DNA of 32,331 bases, from assembly GCA_038128265.1 (NCBI GenBank), contig JAYPJE010000046.1, forward strand, positions 1 to 32,331. The letters are read 5' to 3'. This document shows, piece after piece, positions 24,545-32,331 of the stretch. The translations under genes were made by a program, and so were the position numbers. The notes beneath the pieces were generated by a model. That model was given only the letters and a program-made list of their open reading frames with translations. It was not told the origin of the DNA and did not search any database. This DNA comes from Gemmatimonadota bacterium (GTDB taxonomy: Bacteria > Latescibacterota > UBA2968 > UBA8231). How positions within the stretch are numbered: position 1 is the stretch's first letter; the number at the start of each line of letters is the position of its first letter.

Positions 24545-24852
24545 TGAGACGAGAGAGTCGAGACTGGGCACCACCGGTCGCCGATCGAAGAGGTCCTCAA
24601 TTCGCTCTGGAGTCCTATCGAGCGCCCCATATAATCGGGTTGGCATTGGACGCAGGTGCACCGATCTGGGAAGCACTTCCCAACGGCGCCGATGGCTTGA
24701 GTGCGGATTCAACGCGGAGTGGGACCGCGGTCGTGAGTGGATAGGCCGAAACGGTTTTTCACAGGAGGTCACATGCCGCCGGACAATATAGAGCGGCTGT
24801 AGCGGTAGGTGGGTATAGTCGAATCCCAGGCCGCTGCAGCCGCTCTTTTTTT
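24545..24852 (+). ncRNA. Candidate structured non-coding RNA or leader, family unassigned
   Basis: About 300 nt with no credible long ORF, lying between convergent genes. It has several hairpins, a long-range helix (24571-24583 with 24684-24695), an upstream promoter-like sequence and a downstream terminator. Confidence 0.45.
24790..24852 (+). terminator. Intrinsic terminator, possibly bidirectional
   Basis: A 16-bp stem AGAGCGGCTGTAGCGG / CCGCTGCAGCCGCTCT (one G-U pair) is followed by a T run (24846-24852). It abuts the stop of the convergent gene. Confidence 0.75.
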
Positions 24853-26011
24853 ACCCTATGACCTCTGCTCGTTCCCAGATTTCTTTCTCGTATTCGACGC
24901 CTAAGCCCGGTCCGGTTGGCACGTCGATATAGCCGCCATCGCCAACGGTAAAGTGGGGCGCATACCAATCGGCATAGGTCACAGGTGCAGCGGGAAACTC
25001 TAAGTGGGGTCCGGTGTGCTGGACGACGGAGGCGAAGTGAAGCAGGGTGGCCAGTTCCGGATTGTGCTTGGGGCTGTGCGGCGTGACGGGTATACCGGCT
25101 TCGGCGGCCATCTGTGCCACGCGCAATGCGCGTATCAACCCACCGTTATACATCAAGTCGGGTTGAATTACATCGACGGTGCGCCGCCGTATCATCGCAC
25201 GAAAGTGGCCCATATTACAGTCCTGTTCGCCGCCGGCAACGTCGATATCGAGCGCGTCGGCGACGGCCTGCGTTTCTTCGTACTGCTCAAACGGGCAAGG
25301 TTCCTCGAAGAATGCACAGCCTAAGTCCTCCATTAAGTGTCCGATTCTAATGGCCTGTTTGTGGTCGTATGATCCGTTGGCATCTGCGTAGATCGCAACG
25401 TCAGCGCCCCACGTCGAGCGGGCTAGTTCGAGCAGCCTTTCCGCGCGTCCGGGCAGCGAGTCGGCATTGTTTGCCATGCGGCCGCCAATCTTGAGTTTGA
25501 CACCCGTAGCACCGGTTTCGGCGAGGCGTTGGCCCACCCAAGCGACCTCTTCGTCCGGCGTGGTATCTCGGCGCATGCTCGATAGGTAGATGGGAACGCG
25601 CTGGCGATAGGGCGCTCCAACAAGTTGTCCAACGCTGAGCCCGCTAACCTGTCCAATCAGATCCAATAGGGCGGCTTCGGCATAGGCGACGCAGTTCCAC
25701 AGGGCCGTGCCCTGGTACTTGTAATTGTTGCGAAATGTGTAGACTTCATTGACCAGCGTCTCGAGCTCGCGCGCGTCGCGATCGATAAAAGCGGGAGCTA
25801 CCAGATGGCGAAACATGGGTATTAAATAGGCCATACGGCTATTGGCTGTGGCCATGCCAACGGCACCGTCAGTGCTAGTGGCGCGGACGAGGTAGGTGCC
25901 GTCAAAACGCCGAACCTCGAGCGACTCTATTATCAGGGGCGCATGCCAGGCGGAGTCGAGGCCGAGGAAAGGGGGCCAGTAGTGCTGATCGGAATACGTG
26001 GATTCGAGCAT
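24851..26011 (-). CDS. Mandelate racemase/muconate lactonizing enzyme family protein (acid-sugar dehydratase-like)
   Basis: Motifs KLKIG, DAN, EEP, GEQ, QPD, PHS and PTGPGLG; the canonical D/E/E metal ligands are present. Confidence 0.88.
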   Translation of the reverse strand: MLESTYSDQHYWPPFLGLDSAWHAPLIIESLEVRRFDGTYLVRATSTDGAVGMATANSRMAYLIPMFRHLVAPAFIDRDARELETLVNEVYTFRNNYKYQGTALWNCVAYAEAALLDLIGQVSGLSVGQLVGAPYRQRVPIYLSSMRRDTTPDEEVAWVGQRLAETGATGVKLKIGGRMANNADSLPGRAERLLELARSTWGADVAIYADANGSYDHKQAIRIGHLMEDLGCAFFEEPCPFEQYEETQAVADALDIDVAGGEQDCNMGHFRAMIRRRTVDVIQPDLMYNGGLIRALRVAQMAAEAGIPVTPHSPKHNPELATLLHFASVVQHTGPHLEFPAAPVTYADWYAPHFTVGDGGYIDVPTGPGLGVEYEKEIWERAEVIG

Positions 26012-26097
26012 CGTCTACCCTCTGGGGATTGAGTCGCTGAGCGCGCCGTATTATTTTCGGCGCGTGGGAAATGACCATCCAACGCGGAGAAATGCAG

Positions 26098-26931
26098 ATG
26101 CACATTGCCGTCACCGGTGCGGCTGGCCGCATTGGCCGCTATATAGTATGCGATCTGCGCACGGCGGGCCACAGCGCGCAGGGGATAGACGTCGTGTCGG
26201 GTGCTGGTTTACAGGTGGATTTGACGGACGCCGGTCAGGTCTACGCCGCGCTAGCCGGTGCCGATGCCGTGGTGCATATGGGGGCTTGGGCCAACGCGGG
26301 TATGGTGCCGGATACGCGGACGTACGCCGACAATGTTACCGGCACGTACAACGTTTTTCAGGCATGTGCCGATCTGGGTATCAAGCGCGTAGTTTCTGCT
26401 TCCAGCAATCAGGTATACGGCTTTTTCTCGACTCCGCCGCTGTATGCGCCGATCGACGAAGTGCATCCAACGCGTCCGGTCAACAGCTACGCGCTGTCCA
26501 AACTGGCCGGTGAGCAGGCAGCCGAGTATTTTACGCGGACGCGCGGTATGGAGATCCTTTCCTTGCGCATAATGGGTGCGCGCGTGCCGGCCGAACTGCC
26601 TGGCGATATCCAACAGATTCGGGCAGATATGGCAGCGGCGGCCAAGCTGCTGTGGACGCGCAGCGACGCGCGCGATATTGCGCTGGCCTGTCGACTCGCC
26701 GTCGAAGCTGATCGCGTCGAGCCGGGCGTCTATAACATCACTGGCCCGCGCGTAGTGCTCGACGAGGAAACGCGTGCGCTCTTTGCGCGCTACTGCCCCA
26801 GCACGGAAATACGCGATGGCTTAGAAGGGCATGTCGCTCCGCTAAGCTGTGAAAAAGCGCGGCGCGCCTTTGGCTATGAGCCGCGCTATGCTTGGTCGGA
26901 GCACACCTACCATCTGGAGGATGAAGCGTGA
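26098..26931 (+). CDS. NAD-dependent epimerase/dehydratase (extended SDR; uronate-dehydrogenase-like)
   Basis: Motifs VTGAAGRIG, ASS and YALSK (YxxxK). The GGAGA RBS favours ATG 26098; 26071 and 26092 are possible. Confidence 0.85.
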   Translation: MHIAVTGAAGRIGRYIVCDLRTAGHSAQGIDVVSGAGLQVDLTDAGQVYAALAGADAVVHMGAWANAGMVPDTRTYADNVTGTYNVFQACADLGIKRVVSASSNQVYGFFSTPPLYAPIDEVHPTRPVNSYALSKLAGEQAAEYFTRTRGMEILSLRIMGARVPAELPGDIQQIRADMAAAAKLLWTRSDARDIALACRLAVEADRVEPGVYNITGPRVVLDEETRALFARYCPSTEIRDGLEGHVAPLSCEKARRAFGYEPRYAWSEHTYHLEDEA

Positions 26932-28151
26932 GTACATTAGCCATCCACGGCGGCAAACCACTGCATAACAAACCGTGGCGCACGGGTCCGTTCCACATAG
27001 GCGAAGAACTGCGCGTGCTCGAGCGCGTGCTGTCGGGGCCGGCGCTGCCGATGGCGCGGGGTCCGCGCGTGATGGCACTGCGCGAGCAGCTGCAGCGCTG
27101 CTACGGCATGCGCTATGCCGTGCCCGTCTCGTCGGGCAGTGCGGCCATTCACGTGGCGCTCTTTGCCGCAGGAGTGGGAGCCGGCGACGAAGTGATTGTG
27201 AGCCCGCTGACCGACTACGGTAGTATTATTGGCATTTTCCAGCTCAATGCGATACCGGTTTTTGCCGACGTGCGGCCGGATAGTTTGCTGATGGATGTAG
27301 CCGATGTCGAGAAAAAAATAACGCGCCATACAAAAGCGATTATGCCGGTGCACAACGGGGGATATGCCGTCGATATGCGCGCGCTGGCGAAAGTGGCCAA
27401 GCGCCGCGGCGTGAACATAGTCGAAGACTGTGCCCAGGCGCACTTGGCAATGTTGGGCAGCAAATACTTGGGCAATTACGGCGATATATCGGCTTGGAGC
27501 GTCAACGAGAGCAAGCATATGAAAGCCGGCGAGGGGGGCTTTGTGCTGACAAACCAGAAGGCCCTGGCCGAAGCGGCCGACCTCTTTGCCGATAAGTGCT
27601 ATCCGCGCTTTCCCGGCGCGCCGCCAACGCCGGCCTTTCCCGCGCTCAATGTGCGCCTTAACGAGATCAATGCGGCGCTGGCTTCCGTGCAGTTAAAGCA
27701 CCTGCCCAAGTGGATCGAGAAGCGTCGCCGCTTTGCCGATGCGCTGCATGCTGAAATGCGCGACGTGCCTGGTGTCGCTGCCGAGTGGCAGCCGCGCGGT
27801 GCGCGGCCGAGCTATTGGTGGGTGAGTTTTGCCGTCGACGAGCGCGTGCTGGGCGTCGATGCCAAGGCCTTTTGCCAGATGCTCAGCGCCGAGGGAATTC
27901 CCAGCGGTGCGCGGGTGCAGCAGTACGTGCCGGGTTGGGAGGTGTTCCGCACGCTGCACGAGAATCCGGATGCCTTTGCCAGTTACCGACCGGGCCGCTT
28001 GCAAAGGGGGCGCTACCCGCTCGACGTAGCACCCATAGCGCAGCGCGCCGAATGGGTGGTCGGCGCCGTGCGCATGACGCAGCACAACACGGTCGCCGAG
28101 GCGCGCGCAGCGGGTAGGGCCATAAAGAAAATTGTGGGGGAGCTAGTATGA
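26928..28151 (+). CDS. DegT/DnrJ/EryC1/StrS-family PLP-dependent aminotransferase
   Basis: Motifs LAIHGG, SSGSAA, GDEVI, EDCAQAH and SVNESKHMKAGEGG (PLP lysine). Confidence 0.9.
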   Translation: MSTLAIHGGKPLHNKPWRTGPFHIGEELRVLERVLSGPALPMARGPRVMALREQLQRCYGMRYAVPVSSGSAAIHVALFAAGVGAGDEVIVSPLTDYGSIIGIFQLNAIPVFADVRPDSLLMDVADVEKKITRHTKAIMPVHNGGYAVDMRALAKVAKRRGVNIVEDCAQAHLAMLGSKYLGNYGDISAWSVNESKHMKAGEGGFVLTNQKALAEAADLFADKCYPRFPGAPPTPAFPALNVRLNEINAALASVQLKHLPKWIEKRRRFADALHAEMRDVPGVAAEWQPRGARPSYWWVSFAVDERVLGVDAKAFCQMLSAEGIPSGARVQQYVPGWEVFRTLHENPDAFASYRPGRLQRGRYPLDVAPIAQRAEWVVGAVRMTQHNTVAEARAAGRAIKKIVGELV

Positions 28152-29716
28152 AGACGGACGTATTGATCATAGGTGGTGGCACCGGGGGCGTAGCGGCTGC
28201 ACTGAGCGCGGCGGCGCGGGGCAAGCGGGTCATCATGACAGAAGAAACGGATTGGGTGGGCGGACAACTGACGTCACAGGGAGTGCCGCCCGATGAACAT
28301 CCGTGGATTGAATCGTTTGGCTGCACGGCGCGCTACCGCCTTTTTCGCCAGCGAGTGCGCCGCTACTATCAGGATTTTTATCCGCTCAACCACAGCGCCT
28401 GCGCCAACCCTAGGCTGAATCCTGGCGATGGCAGTGTGTCGCGTCTGTGCGCTGAGCCACGCGTCTATTTGGCGGCCTTGGAAAGCATGATGGCTTACGA
28501 CGTAGCGCGCGGGCAGCTGCAGGTGCGTTTACGCACGCGCGCTACGGGTGTGGATGTCGACGGCGATCGCGTGCGTGCGGTGCACATTCTCGATGGGCAT
28601 ACGGGGCGCGAAGAGACGATTGAAGCGGCCTACGTGCTCGATGCGACGGAGCTGGGTGACCTCGTCAAACTGGCTGGGGTAGAATACGTTTCTGGGGCGG
28701 AATCGCAGGCGCAGACCGGCGAACTGCACGCCAGCGCTGAGGCCGATGCTGAAAACGTGCAGGCGCTGACCTGGTGCTTTGCGATGGGTTACGACCCGGA
28801 TGGACATCACGTGATTGATCGACCGGCAGCGTATGCGCGCTGGCGCGACTACGATCCGGGTCTGACGCCTTCTTGGCCGGGCAAGATGCTCGATTGGACC
28901 TACACCCATCCCATTTCGCTGGATCCCATTACGGCGACGTTTGACCCGGCGCGTGGAGAGGGGTCGCTGTGGCGCTATCGTCGACTCATTGGCAGTGCGC
29001 ACTACGCACCTGGCTGTGCGCCACACGAGGTTGCGCTGGTCAACTGGCCGCAGAACGACTATCTCGAAGGCAATATCATCGATAAGGATGAACGGGAAGT
29101 CGCCCATCACCTGGAGCAGGCGCGCGAGCTCTCAATGTGTCTTTTTTACTGGATGCAGACGGAGGCGCCGCGTGCCGACGGTGGAACGGGCTTTCCCGGG
29201 CTGTATCTGCGGCCCGACGTCATGGGCACCGACGATGGGCTGGCCAAAGCGCCCTACATCCGCGAGGCTCGGCGCATACGTGCGCGCTTTACGGTTACGG
29301 AAGAGCACGTGGGTCGCGAGGCGCGCGGCAGCGATCGAGCCGCCGAATTCAGCGACAGCGTTGGCGTGGGCTGTTATCGCATCGATCTGCATCCGAGCAC
29401 CGGGCGCGACAACTACATAGACGTCTCGTCGCTGCCCTTCCAAATTCCACTGGGAGCGCTGGTGCCCGAGCGCGTAGAAAACCTGCTTCCAGCCTGCAAA
29501 AACATCGGCAGCACGCATATTAGCAACGGCTGCTACCGCCTGCATCCAGTGGAGTGGAATATTGGCGAGGCGGCTGGAGCCCTGGCGGCGTTCTGCATTG
29601 ATGGCGACTACGTGCCACAGCAGGTGCACGAGAGCCAAGCGCTGGTCGAGCAGGTGCAGCAGCAGCTGCGCGCCGATGGTTTTGAATTGGAGTGGCCTCA
29701 GGTACACCCCGTATAA
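28148..29716 (+). CDS. FAD-dependent oxidoreductase
   Basis: Motifs DVLIIGGGTGG, EETDWVGGQLTSQGV, DATELGD, YIREARRI and YRLHPVEWNIGEAAG. Confidence 0.88.
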   Translation: MKTDVLIIGGGTGGVAAALSAAARGKRVIMTEETDWVGGQLTSQGVPPDEHPWIESFGCTARYRLFRQRVRRYYQDFYPLNHSACANPRLNPGDGSVSRLCAEPRVYLAALESMMAYDVARGQLQVRLRTRATGVDVDGDRVRAVHILDGHTGREETIEAAYVLDATELGDLVKLAGVEYVSGAESQAQTGELHASAEADAENVQALTWCFAMGYDPDGHHVIDRPAAYARWRDYDPGLTPSWPGKMLDWTYTHPISLDPITATFDPARGEGSLWRYRRLIGSAHYAPGCAPHEVALVNWPQNDYLEGNIIDKDEREVAHHLEQARELSMCLFYWMQTEAPRADGGTGFPGLYLRPDVMGTDDGLAKAPYIREARRIRARFTVTEEHVGREARGSDRAAEFSDSVGVGCYRIDLHPSTGRDNYIDVSSLPFQIPLGALVPERVENLLPACKNIGSTHISNGCYRLHPVEWNIGEAAGALAAFCIDGDYVPQQVHESQALVEQVQQQLRADGFELEWPQVHPV

Positions 29717-29731
29717 CAGAGGGAATGCTGC

Positions 29732-30730
29732 GTGGAAAAGATGAGATTCGGCATTATCGGCTGCGGCGACATCGCCGCTAATTCGTTCGCCCCTAGCTTG
29801 CTCAAGTCGGAGCAGGCCGAACTCGTGGCCGTGTGTCGCCGCGATTTGGATGGGGCGCGTGCGTTTGCCGATCGATTCGGCGGCTGCGCGGCCTACTCTT
29901 CGGCAGAAGAACTGCTGTCGGAGGGCGGTGTTGAGGCGGTGATCGTATCGACGCCAACGGACTTTCACTGTGCCTATACGACGCTGGCCGCACAGCGCGG
30001 CGCACACGTGATCTGCGAAAAGCCCATGGCACACAACCGTGAAGAATGCCGCCAGATGGTCGAGGCGTGCCGCGAAAACGATGTGGCGCTGGGCGTGGCC
30101 TACCGCCGCCGCCTCTTTCCGCAGGTGCTCAAGGCCAAGGAGCTCATTGCCGCCGGGCGTATTGGACGCGTGGTATGCGTGCGCACGCACTACAGCGGTT
30201 GGATGGGGGCGCGGCCCGGCGATTGGCGCGTGCGTCCGGACATCGGCGGTGCCATGATGGAGATGGCCGTGCACCGCCTCGAAGTGCTGCTAAACTTCGC
30301 TGCTGAGCCGGTCGAGGTGAGCGCGTTGGTCGAAACCGTTGAGCACGATTGGCCGGTCGATGATACAGATGCGATTTTGCTCAAATTTGCCGACGGTACG
30401 GTGGGCATTCATTCGACGTTGCTGTGTTCGAATCCACGGCGCGACATGGCGCATATCGATGGCACGCAGGGCCGCATTATGATCGATGCGCTGGAATTTG
30501 GCTCATCGAGTTTGAAATTGGAAACAGATGGGGGAATTGAGGAGATTCACGTCGAGCCGCTGCAGGCACCCTATTTCGATTTGCCGATGATTGACGATTT
30601 CGTCGCTGCAGCGCGCCAGGGACGCGCGCCGGTATGCGATGGATTGACAGGCTACAAGGTGCAGGCCGTAGTGGATGCGGCCTTTGAGGCGGCCCGCGTT
30701 AAGCGCACCGTAGCGGTTGAGGCTTTTTAG
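29732..30730 (+). CDS. Gfo/Idh/MocA-family oxidoreductase
   Basis: Motifs GIIGCG, STPTDFH, CEKPMA and GGAMMEMAVH. Confidence 0.92.
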   Translation: MEKMRFGIIGCGDIAANSFAPSLLKSEQAELVAVCRRDLDGARAFADRFGGCAAYSSAEELLSEGGVEAVIVSTPTDFHCAYTTLAAQRGAHVICEKPMAHNREECRQMVEACRENDVALGVAYRRRLFPQVLKAKELIAAGRIGRVVCVRTHYSGWMGARPGDWRVRPDIGGAMMEMAVHRLEVLLNFAAEPVEVSALVETVEHDWPVDDTDAILLKFADGTVGIHSTLLCSNPRRDMAHIDGTQGRIMIDALEFGSSSLKLETDGGIEEIHVEPLQAPYFDLPMIDDFVAAARQGRAPVCDGLTGYKVQAVVDAAFEAARVKRTVAVEAF

Positions 30731-30790
30731 GCGCAGATCGCGCAGCCCGCACATTTGTGTTGATACGACATCCGCTGTAGAGAGAGATAC

Positions 30791-31501
30791 ATGGGCATAC
30801 CGGAGTCGTTAGAATATTTTTTTCTCGTCATTGTATTGGCTGCCGGTGCACTTGTGGCGCTGGGCGTGCGCGCCAGCGTGCCGGCCGGCCAGTCGCTCAA
30901 CCTGTGGACGATCCGTGCGCTACTGGCCTGCACTATATGGTTGGCTTTTACGGGACAGCTAGCGCACGAGGGGTGGCTGCGCCATTTCGATCGAGGCTTG
31001 CTCCACTTGGGCGGGCTTTTTGCGTTCGCCGCTGTCCTAGTATGTGCGCTGGCCTTTGCGCCGGCTGGTCGCGCTCTTATAGAGGGTATTGGACCGGCTG
31101 TGCTGGTGGTGTTCCAAACCGTTCGCGTGCCAGTTGAAGTATTTGTATACCAGCTCTACCAGGGCGGATATGCCCCGGTGCAGATAACGTATGCCGGCCT
31201 CAACTTTGATATTTTTTCCGGGCTGACCGCACCGGCGATGGGCTGGCTGGTTTGGCGTGGCAGGGGCGGTCGCGCGATGCTGCTGTTTTGGAACGCATTC
31301 GGTTTGCTGCTGCTGTTTAACGTTGCCAGCATCGCGGCACTGTCGCTGCCCACGCCTATGCGCCTCTTTGCCAACGAGCCAACCAATATTTTCATAACCT
31401 ATCCACCGTTTGTATGGCTGCCGATGTTCCTATTGCCTCTGTTTCTACTGGGCCATTTGCTGGTCTTTCGCTGGCTGTGGTGGAATCGAAGGAAAGCGTG
31501 A
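30791..31501 (+). CDS. Hypothetical integral membrane protein
   Basis: About 7 hydrophobic segments, with FQTVRVPVE, NFDIFSGLTA and PFVWLP. Confidence 0.7.
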   Translation: MGIPESLEYFFLVIVLAAGALVALGVRASVPAGQSLNLWTIRALLACTIWLAFTGQLAHEGWLRHFDRGLLHLGGLFAFAAVLVCALAFAPAGRALIEGIGPAVLVVFQTVRVPVEVFVYQLYQGGYAPVQITYAGLNFDIFSGLTAPAMGWLVWRGRGGRAMLLFWNAFGLLLLFNVASIAALSLPTPMRLFANEPTNIFITYPPFVWLPMFLLPLFLLGHLLVFRWLWWNRRKA

Positions 31502-31505
31502 GCGC

Positions 31506-32331
31506 ATGATAGAAAAGACCAACGTCGTATTTATACTCAGCGATGACCAGGGTATTTGGGCCAATGGCTGCTACGGCAATGCGGAGATACGCACGCCGAA
31601 TATCGATCGGCTCGCGGCCACCGGCATGCGCTTTGATAACTTTTTTGTCGCTACGCCGGTGTGTTCGCCCAGCCGCGCGACCTTTCTGACCGGGCGCATC
31701 TCGTCCCAGCACGGCGTGCACGATTGGATTCGCGATGGCAATACGGGAGCGGATGCCGCCTTTTACCTAGAAGACGAAGTCGCCTATACGGACGTTATGG
31801 CACAGCACGGTTGGCGCTGCGGCCTGAGTGGCAAGTGGCATTTAGGCCATAGCCAGATCGCCCAACATGGTTTTGACCACTGGTTTGTGCATCAGCGCGG
31901 CGGCGGAGACTATAATGATGCGCCGATGATTCGCGACGGCGAGTTGATGGATGTGACCGGCTATGTGACGACGGCTATTACTGACGATGCGCTCCAGTAT
32001 ATAGGCGAATCTGCAGAGAGCAACGAACCGTTCTACCTGAGCGTGCACTACACGGCGCCGCACAGTCCGTGGACCGGTCACCCGCAAGAGATTGTCGATT
32101 CCTACGATGCCTGCGCTTTCGATTCGTGTCCGCAAGAGGTGATGCACCCGTGGGCGGTGGGCCATCCACTCAGCGAGGGGTGCTTGGGCAACCGAGAGAT
32201 GCTCAAGGGCTACTTCGCCGCCGTGACGGCAATGGATCTGGAGATTGGTCGCCTGCTCGACAAGCTAGAAGAGAGCGGGCTGCGCGAGCGGACGCTGGTC
32301 GTCTTTACTAGCGACAATGGATTTAGCTGCG
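31506..32331 (+). CDS. Formylglycine-dependent (Cys-type) sulfatase, partial (runs off the right edge; not in the ORF track)
   Basis: It translates as MIEKTNVVFILSDDQG...TPNIDRLA...VCSPSRATFLTG...GKWHLG...HYTAPHSP...VFTSDNG, containing the CxPxR motif. Confidence 0.93.
   Translation, partial: MIEKTNVVFILSDDQGIWANGCYGNAEIRTPNIDRLAATGMRFDNFFVATPVCSPSRATFLTGRISSQHGVHDWIRDGNTGADAAFYLEDEVAYTDVMAQHGWRCGLSGKWHLGHSQIAQHGFDHWFVHQRGGGDYNDAPMIRDGELMDVTGYVTTAITDDALQYIGESAESNEPFYLSVHYTAPHSPWTGHPQEIVDSYDACAFDSCPQEVMHPWAVGHPLSEGCLGNREMLKGYFAAVTAMDLEIGRLLDKLEESGLRERTLVVFTSDNGFSC

Noticed and set aside
24717..24729. GAGTGGGACCGCG resembles the T-box antiterminator motif (GGTGGNACCGCG)
   Set aside because: There is no recognisable Stem I or specifier loop, no properly placed complementary CGTC(C/T)C half, and no downstream amino-acid-related gene. 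The segment forms its own hairpin.
24517..24744. 75-aa ORF in the intergenic region
   Set aside because: It has a TTG start inside the promoter-like sequence, no SD and no recognisable protein features. RNA structure explains the region better.
24811..24835. GGGTATAGTCGAATCCC (GGATTCGAC on the minus strand) resembles a tRNA T-arm or tmRNA 5' end
   Set aside because: There is no cloverleaf, acceptor stem, CCA end or tag reading frame. It lies in the loop of the terminator.
29132..30274. 380-aa antisense ORF spanning two genes
   Set aside because: It is a shadow of the FAD oxidoreductase and Gfo/Idh/MocA genes and has no domain features.

Overview
GC-rich bacterial chromosomal window, almost fully coding, with 28 genes (two truncated by the window edges). 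I see no mobile element, CRISPR array, rRNA or tRNA. From left to right: a partial MOSC-like gene and modABC; a DinG/XPD-type Fe-S helicase with an N-terminal PD-(D/E)XK nuclease; mtnP; an atypical enolase-superfamily enzyme; a ferritin-like (DUF455-type) di-iron domain fused to an ATP-grasp-like domain; a tightly coupled LamG-EEP / MenA-like prenyltransferase / thioesterase / NAPE-PLD-like operon; a sugar-acid operon with two UxuA-like paralogues; a Na/Pi cotransporter plus PhoU preceded by a Pho-box-like direct repeat; nagB-ackA-(NagB/PIG-L fusion)-ferritin; a ~300-nt intergenic region with its own promoter, several hairpins and a strong terminator (candidate ncRNA or leader); a second enolase; and an epimerase / DegT aminotransferase / FAD oxidoreductase / Gfo-Idh-MocA / membrane protein / sulfatase run. 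The best candidates for something undescribed are the structured intergenic RNA (24510-24852), the di-iron/ATP-grasp fusion (7660-9780) and the nagB-ackA-NagB/PIG-L module. All calls come from motif recognition by eye; no database searches were run.
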